Positions 27,514 to 35,320 of a stretch of 64,000 bases of DNA are shown one piece after another. How positions within the stretch are numbered: position 1 is the stretch's first letter; each line of letters begins with the position of its first letter. This DNA comes from a virus. Both the position numbers and the translations under genes were made by a program. The notes beneath the pieces are model-generated. The model made no database searches. It saw only the letters and a program-made list of their open reading frames with translations, and was not told where the DNA came from. The stretch spans positions 5,861 to 69,860 of IMG/VR virus record IMGVR_UViG_3300049218_000083; one strand, written 5' to 3'.

Positions 27514-27831
27514 ATGCGAAAGCACAAGGAAGAATACAAACGCAGCATTGCCAAGCGTGTGAAGGCTGGTGAAGCAGTAGCTGCCATTGCCAAGTCAGAC
27601 AAGCTTGCGAACTCTCTGATCTACAACTGGACCAAACGGTTCTCAGACCCCAGTCCAAAGGCTGTTAAGAAACGCAAGCATACTCCAATGCAGGAAGCAA
27701 TCATCTATCTGCACCATGCTCGGACAGCCGCCGTGCTGTCAGTCACACAGGACCCAAGCAGGATGGATGACCCAGTGTATCTCTTTGCCATGATGGCGCT
27801 CAGAACACTTGAGGGTAAGCTGTTGGAGTAG
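27514..27831 (+). CDS. Helix-turn-helix DNA-binding protein
   Basis: EEYKRSIAKRVKAGEAVAAIAKSDKLANSLIYNWTKRF (HTH_Tnp_1-like); SD AAGGAGG. Confidence 0.7.
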   Translation: MRKHKEEYKRSIAKRVKAGEAVAAIAKSDKLANSLIYNWTKRFSDPSPKAVKKRKHTPMQEAIIYLHHARTAAVLSVTQDPSRMDDPVYLFAMMALRTLEGKLLE

Positions 27832-27871
27832 AGTGGGTGAGTTGGATGGCCATGGATGGCTGTCCAACACA

Positions 27872-28435
27872 TTAAGAATCTTTAATGTTCTTTGTACTAT
27901 CTATTTTCAATTTGCCAAGCTTCCAATCCTTGAACTCTTCCTTCACTGGCACGTTGTCAATCACGACTATCATCTGCTGACGTTCACCATTGTTGAACCA
28001 CTTCAGCTTGCCTCCAGGTGATTGTTGCAATTCTTGGAACAATGGTCCTGCACTTCCAATGGCATGATCGTTCCCAAGATTCGCAGTGGCAATGGCTGCA
28101 CGTGCTGCTGCAGTATGCGTGCCACCCTCTGGGAATCCCTCTTTACTGTTGAGCACCAATGGGTTTTTGTAATCGAGCGTGCTGAGAATCGCTGTAAGTT
28201 TGGCAGCACACTGTTCCTCGGTTCCAACTAGCAGCGTGGATACACGAAACAGCCTTCTGTTATTGCCATTTGCCTTGGTTATAGCGATCAGCTTTTTACC
28301 ATTGCCAATGTATGCATCGCTGGACTGATCCGTCCCAAACGATAAGTCGGTTGAGCGATGCAGTCCATAGAAGTACGCACCCGTTGGAATGAACACAGTA
28401 CGAAATACGAAATTCAAGCGAGGTAGATTATTCAT
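27872..28435 (-). CDS. Degenerate GIY-YIG (Seg-like) homing endonuclease
   Basis: FVFRT....GAYFYGLH.......YIGNG; NUMOD-like HTAAARAAIA and WFNNG motifs. Confidence 0.55.
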   Translation of the reverse strand: MNNLPRLNFVFRTVFIPTGAYFYGLHRSTDLSFGTDQSSDAYIGNGKKLIAITKANGNNRRLFRVSTLLVGTEEQCAAKLTAILSTLDYKNPLVLNSKEGFPEGGTHTAAARAAIATANLGNDHAIGSAGPLFQELQQSPGGKLKWFNNGERQQMIVVIDNVPVKEEFKDWKLGKLKIDSTKNIKDS

Positions 28436-28752
28436 GATTGTAGTTACGAGTTGTCCGATTTTTGTTGGTCACGCTCTATATAGTCTGTGATCTCTCTCTA
28501 TCAGCATCACGTACAGTCCAGGCACTCTGTCTAGTTGATTCAGATACTTGCACATCAAAACGTCTTATCAATGCATAGATCATACATAACCTTCACAATG
28601 ATAGGTCTGAGTAGAGCAATCATTTCATTGATTGTTAGCTTACCTTTATTCTCATTATAGATTTTTCTTGGCATGGTCTAGTAATGCAAGTGGTGTTTCT
28701 GACCCATTTGGTAGTCTCTTGTGTCGGCCAAGGAATTCATCGATGAATGTAA

Positions 28753-29036
28753 TTACATGGCGTCCGGAGATGTTTGGGTACGTGTTGCGATCAGATTCTG
28801 TTGGATCTCAGCATCTCGAAAGGTTTCTGACTTCTCTGTATTCTCTCCTGTCAGGCTTACGAATTCATCCAGTCCATCCCTCAGGATTGGAATGTATGGC
28901 ACATAGAACATATGCCAACAGATCGATCAGGTTCAGCGCGCCCATTGGTTCTTTTGATGTATTCTTCATCCGTGCCAACCAGGTCTTCAGACTCTGGTTC
29001 AGGTTCAACAACTGTTACGATTACATTATTCGCCAT
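28753..29036 (-). pseudogene. Frameshifted or two-part small gene carrying a gp23-like GxFYxPYIP motif
   Basis: ORF 29036-28881 and ORF 28911-28753 (MFYVPYIPILRDGLDEFV); removing one AT from GGCATATG joins them as ..VGMFYVPYIP. Confidence 0.5.
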
Positions 29037-29286
29037 CGACATAATACACCATGCCATTGTTCAATGCGCTTGCTTCATCTGGTTCGAGAGGATAGGTTTC
29101 GTTGTAGACATATCGATCCATGAATGGTTTGCCATCGATATATCGAACACGCTCCAGATAGCTTGGTCTGTATATTGTAGTCGTAATTGCTACGAACTCA
29201 TCCAAATCATCATGGGATGGTACTTGGTCCGTCATCATCTTCATCCTCAGTCCATTGTGTGATTCTGTCCTGTAACAGAATCGCAT
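29026..29286 (-). CDS. Small acidic protein
   Basis: DDLDEFV motif; real start probably near 29238. Confidence 0.5.
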   Translation of the reverse strand: MRFCYRTESHNGLRMKMMTDQVPSHDDLDEFVAITTTIYRPSYLERVRYIDGKPFMDRYVYNETYPLEPDEASALNNGMVYYVDGE

Positions 29287-29572
29287 TCGGACTCAATTCT
29301 AAATGGCTCTTGCGAACACCTGGAGACTGGAAAACCTTTTGGCCCCTTGGCTCATCACCATTAAGACCAGATCGTGTTCGTAGCCAAACAGCAGATGCTG
29401 GAACATCACGTTCTCGAATTATTACATCATTGATTGCGCTAATCAGATCAAATTCCACACCATTGCGTTCATTGGCTGTGTGAATGTCTGGATACTCACG
29501 CTGGTAGTAGATCAGAGTGACCATGTCATCCAGTTCACCAAAGAAATCATCATCGTCTTCAGTCATCGTCAT
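29210..29572 (-). CDS. Small acidic protein
   Basis: Starts MTMTEDDDDFFGELDD. Confidence 0.55.
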   Translation of the reverse strand: MTMTEDDDDFFGELDDMVTLIYYQREYPDIHTANERNGVEFDLISAINDVIIRERDVPASAVWLRTRSGLNGDEPRGQKVFQSPGVRKSHLELSPNAILLQDRITQWTEDEDDDGPSTIP

Positions 29573-29792
29573 CACCAAACAGTGCGTCGCGCTCATCATC
29601 CGTGAGAGTTTCGCGAGCGGCTCTTTCTTCATCCATTCGCATTCGTTTCATCAGTTCATCGATTGACATGAACTCCCAATCACCTTTCAGTTTGCGGTTT
29701 TGAGCAGTGACTGTAACCTTCTCGATGGTGATCCTGAGTCTGTTTGGTGTGGGTGCATCCGTACCAACGATATCATCAAATTCATCACTCAT
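29559..29792 (-). CDS. Mini-protein containing a gp23 major capsid fragment
   Basis: ITIEKVTVTAQNRKLK vs gp23-family FSIEKVTVTAKSRALK; start MSDEFDD after SD AAGGA. Confidence 0.7.
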   Translation of the reverse strand: MSDEFDDIVGTDAPTPNRLRITIEKVTVTAQNRKLKGDWEFMSIDELMKRMRMDEERAARETLTDDERDALFGDDDD

Positions 29793-30192
29793 CTCGGATT
29801 CCTTGTTGGATTGCAATGCCACGAGCGTCATCGTTGTCGATTTTCGTAATCTTGGCATGCTTCATTGCTTCGATCATGTCAATGCCATGGACACGATTCA
29901 TGTAATCAATCTGTTCCTGCGATATGGTTGCCCAACGTCCATCTGGCAGCTTGACTTGCTGCGCCTTTGGTTTTGGTGTGGCTATGCCAGCGCGAAGATT
30001 GAACTCATCATCTTCATCTATTTCTGGATCTTCTTCGATGATCTTTTCAACCACGGTTTTCGTAATCTCAGCAATCACCTTTTTGTCAATCTCATCACGA
30101 ATGCTCTTGGCAGCGGCTCGCGCTGCTTCATCATCTGCATACTCCATGTCATACAGATTCTGTTGCATTTCTACTGTGTACTTGGCGTCCAT
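29785..30192 (-). CDS. Mini-protein containing gp23 major capsid fragments
   Basis: AKYTVEMQQNL, IRDEIDKKVIAEI and RVHGID vs gp23 AEYxLELAQDL, ILAEINREVIRTI, AVHGxD. Confidence 0.65.
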   Translation of the reverse strand: MDAKYTVEMQQNLYDMEYADDEAARAAAKSIRDEIDKKVIAEITKTVVEKIIEEDPEIDEDDEFNLRAGIATPKPKAQQVKLPDGRWATISQEQIDYMNRVHGIDMIEAMKHAKITKIDNDDARGIAIQQGIRDE

Positions 30193-30476
30193 TAGAATTC
30201 ATCATCCTGTAATCCGATCTTGTGTTTAGATATGTATTCGACTGCTGCTGGTGATTGGTAAACGTCCACATGCCTGCCGCGATACATTTCACGAACGTGT
30301 TTGGTCTTTCGTATCCATTTGGATCCAGGTGGCAAATCAGACTCCAACACCATCTTGACCACGAAACCAAATCCAATGCCAAACTCACGCAGATCCTCGC
30401 AGTCGTCTTTTGGTGGATCAACCAGCATGACCCAGATTTCCATACCAAATACATCAATGTCGTCATCTTCATTCAT
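30192..30476 (-). CDS. Small acidic protein
   Basis: EDDDIDVFG start, QDDEF end; TAATG coupling. Confidence 0.55.
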   Translation of the reverse strand: MNEDDDIDVFGMEIWVMLVDPPKDDCEDLREFGIGFGFVVKMVLESDLPPGSKWIRKTKHVREMYRGRHVDVYQSPAAVEYISKHKIGLQDDEF

Positions 30477-30854
30477 ACGCTTCTATCTCTGTCTGGCTGA
30501 GCCATCGATCAACTTCCGGCTCGAAGTTACCATCAATCGTTTGGACATAGTATAGAATGATTGGTTCTTTCCAAGCCAGAAAACCAACCACCTCGCAATG
30601 AACACCAGTGGCTATGTGTCTGACTTTCTGACCCAGCTGAAACCTTGGAGTTTCGTAACGACCAAAGCAATCAACATGCATCCAGTGATTACAGTCCAGG
30701 CTTTCCATAGATCTTTTCGTACATCTCTGCACGCCCATCCTTGCCTGGATTCTGTTTGCGGTATTCAGCAACAGCGTCTAGCCATTGCTCGAACTTGCTG
30801 ATCTCTTGCTTGTCATTGGGTGACAGCTTGCGCTTCTTGTTCCAGAAACGAACC

Positions 30855-31130
30855 TTATGAACGAGGTGGGAGATAATAGTCATGGTTGGTCCAGGATGAA
30901 TAGCCATTCTTGTCTTCGTATTCTAACGACAGATGAACAATGGACAGGTGTGGGTTGTCCATTACCTTCTTCAGCTGTTCGATCACGTCTGCAATCACTT
31001 CTGAGCGCGGTATGATATGGTCAATCTCTTGATCCTCATCCGGAACAGCATACGAACCAACATCGTGGGAGAAGAACTCATCGCTTTCGTCGAGTTGCTC
31101 TTCATCGTCAAATGGATTGTTTTCGCTCAT
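30855..31130 (-). CDS. Small acidic protein
   Basis: PFDDEEQLDESDEFFS. Confidence 0.55.
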   Translation of the reverse strand: MSENNPFDDEEQLDESDEFFSHDVGSYAVPDEDQEIDHIIPRSEVIADVIEQLKKVMDNPHLSIVHLSLEYEDKNGYSSWTNHDYYLPPRS

Positions 31131-31429
31131 GGTTTCGCCCCGATCAGTTGTATTGCTTCTCGCATGCTTGGTGTGTCTACTGGTGTGCCTTCAATGATAG
31201 CTGTTAATGCGCTGCGCACTTCGCTAATGTATTGATCTCTGGTCATGCCCCATGGTATGGTAAAATAGATCAGCAGGTTGCTATCTATTACACCAAAGAA
31301 CTCGTCGAAGTCAGGATCACCAGTTGCCATGTCATTGGCAGGAGCGAAAAGGTTTCGCTCAGCCATAGCATCTTGAACATCCTTTAGGAACATCGATGTA
31401 ATGATTTGTTGACGTAGAGTTGCGCTCAT
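31127..31429 (-). CDS. Hypothetical protein
   Basis: DPDFDEFFG motif; ATGA coupling. Confidence 0.55.
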   Translation of the reverse strand: MSATLRQQIITSMFLKDVQDAMAERNLFAPANDMATGDPDFDEFFGVIDSNLLIYFTIPWGMTRDQYISEVRSALTAIIEGTPVDTPSMREAIQLIGAKP

Positions 31430-31722
31430 TTCTTTTGACCTTCTATGTGCATTCTAGCCATGTACTCTGGTGACCAGTATTCTTTCATGTCTTTACAGTT
31501 TTTGGCATATCCCATGTAGATAGCAGACATTGGAATGTCTGGCTCATAGCAGAACGTTACATCGATCATGTTATCCACCACGCGCCTGTATAGACACAAT
31601 GGTTTCTTCTTGGGTGGTTCGTATGGTTGCTCTGTGGCTTCTACAAACTCACTCAATTCATCAAGTTCAGTCTGGTCTTTCTGCTGAGACAATGGATATG
31701 CCGCCTGTATTTTCGCTGTCAT
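31426..31722 (-). CDS. Hypothetical protein
   Basis: ELDELSEFVE and DVTFCYEPDIPM motifs. Confidence 0.55.
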   Translation of the reverse strand: MTAKIQAAYPLSQQKDQTELDELSEFVEATEQPYEPPKKKPLCLYRRVVDNMIDVTFCYEPDIPMSAIYMGYAKNCKDMKEYWSPEYMARMHIEGQKK

Positions 31723-32017
31723 CAGGTGATATGTAGGGAGACTGCCTGTTCAACTCACCCCATGACGAACCGATACCATCAGAAACATTGAAACCACTGT
31801 CACGCAATGCTTTTCGCACCCAATCAGCAATCTGATCTGGCTCGACATCCGGATTGGTGTCAGCCCACCAGTAAGCCTTGATTGCTATCTCGAACATGAG
31901 ATGAATCAGTTTCTGTTGGCGATCGTAGCTCATTTCATTTCCAGTACCAGTGCTCACACCAGTTGTTACCACAGTGAAGAACTCTTCCCAGTTGGAATAC
32001 AGGACAGGTTCAGACAT
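31667..32017 (-). CDS. Hypothetical protein
   Basis: SD AAGGA upstream. Confidence 0.5.
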   Translation of the reverse strand: MSEPVLYSNWEEFFTVVTTGVSTGTGNEMSYDRQQKLIHLMFEIAIKAYWWADTNPDVEPDQIADWVRKALRDSGFNVSDGIGSSWGELNRQSPYISPDDSENTGGISIVSAERPD

Positions 32018-32167
32018 TTTGTTGTTCCTTGACTGCTTTTCGAACCTCGATCACGAACATGACAATCAGCTTGATCAAGTTGATTACCCATGTGATTAGG
32101 TTCAAGAGTCCAGTTACGCTCAGCCAGCGTATCATGAACGATGCATTCCACCACTCTTGAAACAGGC

Positions 32168-32587
32168 TCATCGCTTCGGCACCAGCGGTATGTCGAAGAA
32201 GTTCCAGATAGCATCAGCAATGCTGCCAATGAACTCGAATACGATATCCAGATTGCCAACCAGCATGATCACATTGAGTGTTGGTGTAACAACAGCAATC
32301 AGACGCCAGAAGATGTGGCCGAGCTTCAACGTTGGTGTGTATACGTCTGCCGAAGCAATGTATCCACGACTGCCAAACTCATGGCTCTTTGCATTGTATT
32401 CAGCAACCTCACGCTCGTATCGCGCTCTGTCTTCGATACAATGTGCGCGGCTCTTGATGTCATTGTAATATTCTGCGACAGTGCGCTTGCCGTAGATAAC
32501 TGCCAAAGCACCACCTGGCAATGCATACGCATAAAGCGCCAGTGTCATTGTGTGTGCGTAGTAATAGCCAAGAATCCAATCAATCAT
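32168..32587 (-). CDS. Membrane protein
   Basis: Two hydrophobic segments. Confidence 0.55.
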   Translation of the reverse strand: MIDWILGYYYAHTMTLALYAYALPGGALAVIYGKRTVAEYYNDIKSRAHCIEDRARYEREVAEYNAKSHEFGSRGYIASADVYTPTLKLGHIFWRLIAVVTPTLNVIMLVGNLDIVFEFIGSIADAIWNFFDIPLVPKR

Positions 32588-32821
32588 AAATTGCTCCCGT
32601 TATCGTACCGACAGCCTGTTCCCATGACAATGTCATCACCAACACCACTGCAAACAGCAAACCCAACGCCACCCACAGTGGAACGTACCAAATCAGCCGC
32701 CACAGAATCACATGTGGCATACGAATATTGCGGTATTGCCACATCCACCAAAACTGTTGCCAGGCATTCATGCCGCTGTTGCTCAGGTAATCTTGTTCCT
32801 GAGCGTCAGGTCGAAAGAATA

Positions 32822-33766
32822 TCATCGGCGAACCCTCTCTTCCCGCCAACGAGGATACAGGTTGCGGCGGAACAGGTGCTCATAGTCCTCGACGTCGACA
32901 CCGATATCCTCGCACAGCTCCTCAAATGCCTCTACGCATGGCTTTGGCTGGATGGTCTGCATGTACTCATTGGTGCATAGCTGCACATGAGTGTAATCTT
33001 TATTGGCAGTGCGTTCCTGCATCCAACGAATGTAAGCACACAACCAATTGATCTGGTGGAACTGTTCATCCCAGGTCGGTGCCATCTCGAAGAAGCGAAA
33101 CTCGAACGTGTCCATCTCGGTTCCAGTCCATAGGAACATCATATCCTTGTTGCCCTGACCATACAGACTGCTGCTTTCAATGTATTCATCGCGCATCAGA
33201 TAGTTCAGGAAGCGATCGGTGCTTCCAGCCCATTCGTTATGCCCAATCTCAATCTTCTTGTTGATGTAGACGTTCATTGCGCCTTCTTCATCCGGCTCAC
33301 CAAAGATCCATGGCAGGTATGGACGCATGACCAAATCCTTAGCGATTGCCCATTTCAGCTTGTGGTCGTTGATTCCAACGTGGATATGCGCTCCACCACA
33401 AACAGCAGTTGGATTCTTTGGAAAGAATAGGTTCTCTTCGTAGGTGTCACGTACACCAATGCTGAAATGACGCAGCTGATCAAACGTGCGGCATATCTTG
33501 CTGGACGTTTCAATGCAGTGCCCATCAGCACCACAATTGGCATATGATACACGCCTACGACGCAACCCATTGCGGATTGCAGCATATGACTGGTTGAGGA
33601 TTTCGCCAAAGCGATTGCGACGCCAATGAACGCGCTCTTCACGAGGCACGGTGTCTGGAATTGCTATTTCGCCCCACTCACCAATACGAAGATTGTATTT
33701 TTCATCGTAGGAGATATGGATCCCTGTTAGTTCAGTTCCAAACGTATACGGCAGCACTGGATTCAT
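32822..33766 (-). CDS. Putative amidoligase (COOH-NH2 ligase fold)
   Basis: TFGTE, D..CIE.SS, CGGAHIHVG, FEFRFF motifs. Confidence 0.7.
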   Translation of the reverse strand: MNPVLPYTFGTELTGIHISYDEKYNLRIGEWGEIAIPDTVPREERVHWRRNRFGEILNQSYAAIRNGLRRRRVSYANCGADGHCIETSSKICRTFDQLRHFSIGVRDTYEENLFFPKNPTAVCGGAHIHVGINDHKLKWAIAKDLVMRPYLPWIFGEPDEEGAMNVYINKKIEIGHNEWAGSTDRFLNYLMRDEYIESSSLYGQGNKDMMFLWTGTEMDTFEFRFFEMAPTWDEQFHQINWLCAYIRWMQERTANKDYTHVQLCTNEYMQTIQPKPCVEAFEELCEDIGVDVEDYEHLFRRNLYPRWREERVRR

Positions 33767-33916
33767 GATATAGATTGCCTCTCACAGATGTATTTGAGCC
33801 GCTATGATAACTAATGCCTTCATGAAAATCAAATCACCACCACAGTATGCCAGCCAATACATGACTGCACCAAGGCAGATAAGATAGACAATCAACCAGA
33901 AGACTTCTAGCTTCTC

Positions 33917-34282
33917 TTACTTGTCATCTTTCAACTCAGGAAACAAACGCACCAATGCGTCACCCTTCTCGCGTATGTACACACCAGTCTGTGTTGGTTC
34001 AACGCGCCCAAGCTGCATCTGAGTAAGGCGAACCAACTCAGCTTCTGTTTCAAGTTCCAGCATGCGCACCTTGTACTCTTCAGGTGTTTCATGTGGCAGC
34101 ATTGGCGCAGTATGCTCAGGAATTGGTATCAATGCGCGCTCGGCAGCGATTTCCTCAGCAGCTTGCTGAATTATTGGATTGTCGAATGGCTCAATCGTTT
34201 GGAATGAGCGACCCAAACCAGAGCCTGATGTGGCTTTGATTTTCTGGATGCGGGTGAGCGCTGGATTGATTGGCTTGTTCAT
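33917..34282 (-). CDS. Hypothetical protein
   Basis: ATGA-coupled ORF. Confidence 0.5.
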   Translation of the reverse strand: MNKPINPALTRIQKIKATSGSGLGRSFQTIEPFDNPIIQQAAEEIAAERALIPIPEHTAPMLPHETPEEYKVRMLELETEAELVRLTQMQLGRVEPTQTGVYIREKGDALVRLFPELKDDK

Positions 34283-34608
34283 AGATTGAGCGTTGAAACC
34301 TCTTTGACTATACCTTCTCGGTTCACGAACAGGTATATATGACGGCCAGTTGGAAACACATCAGCAATTGTACCGTAACCAGTGCCTTGAACATACACTG
34401 TCCACTTCATATCGTAGTGGGTCAGGATGGCAAGTGCGGTTTTCTTTGGCAGGCCACGGAATGTCTGGACGATTTCGTCGCGAGTCGCCAGCTTAACTGG
34501 TCGAGTCTGTTTCACAATGTTGCCTGCCCAGTCGGTGTTAGTCACCTCGACAGTCATTGTCGTAGTCCAGTCCTCATAGGTTTTCTTCAGCTTGGCTTTC
34601 ACTTTCAC
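34279..34608 (-). CDS. Hypothetical protein
   Basis: GTG start with SD GAGG. Confidence 0.5.
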   Translation of the reverse strand: MKVKAKLKKTYEDWTTTMTVEVTNTDWAGNIVKQTRPVKLATRDEIVQTFRGLPKKTALAILTHYDMKWTVYVQGTGYGTIADVFPTGRHIYLFVNREGIVKEVSTLNL

Positions 34609-34644
34609 AGGTTGACCCTCATGATGTAATAACGAATCACTATT

Positions 34645-35052
34645 CTAAATCGTATCGCGTATCTTTAGTAGAATTTGCGTAACCTCAGTCGATGCTGGTG
34701 AGTTACCATGCTTGTCTGGATGACACAGTCGTATCATACGCGAAACAAGTTCTTTGTTGAATGTACCAGGTGGACTTTTTCCACTGTGTCCATTCTGTAA
34801 CATCTGGGCTCGAATTTCTAGCATGTGATAATCGTGAGCCAATTTGTTGTATCTGAGCTCGAGCATCAGTTTCTGAATCTCAGCCATGATCTGTTTATTC
34901 TTGGTCGCTTCCAGCTCACGTTGCAACTGTTCGACTTTCGTCTGTAGCTGGACTGTTTCGGCTGCCATTTGACGTATAGCTCCAAGATATGTTATGAGCT
35001 TGACGAACGCCCAGGCAAGCATGAATGCCAATAGACCAATCACAAAACCCAT
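34645..35052 (-). CDS. Membrane-anchored coiled-coil protein with C-terminal J-domain-like HPD motif
   Basis: N-terminal TM helix, heptads, MIRLCHPDKHG. Confidence 0.65.
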   Translation of the reverse strand: MGFVIGLLAFMLAWAFVKLITYLGAIRQMAAETVQLQTKVEQLQRELEATKNKQIMAEIQKLMLELRYNKLAHDYHMLEIRAQMLQNGHSGKSPPGTFNKELVSRMIRLCHPDKHGNSPASTEVTQILLKIRDTI

Positions 35053-35104
35053 AATGTAATTCCTTTGCCCACCATCATATGCTAGCTGAAGAAAATCGTA
35101 ATCG

Positions 35105-35317
35105 TTAGTCCATCCACATATGGTCGACTGCCACTATCTTGTGTGGCGACGCAACTCGGCTCAAGAATTGCGCTTCGGCTTCTGCTGCTTCCTTTGTGTG
35201 ATACTTGGTAGCCAAATTCACACAGTTGTGCCACGTACCAGGACATGTATAGTAATGGGTGTAAGATGCCGGCTCCGTATGCATCTCAATCAACCAGTAA
35301 ACCTTTCCCATGCTCAC
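35105..35317 (-). CDS. Hypothetical protein
   Basis: SD AAGGAG directly after gp17 stop. Confidence 0.5.
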   Translation of the reverse strand: MSMGKVYWLIEMHTEPASYTHYYTCPGTWHNCVNLATKYHTKEAAEAEAQFLSRVASPHKIVAVDHMWMD

Positions 35318-35320
35318 TCC

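Noticed and set aside
27514-27831. IS3-family transposase OrfA
   Set aside because: HTH resembles it, but there is no DDE OrfB or terminal inverted repeats.
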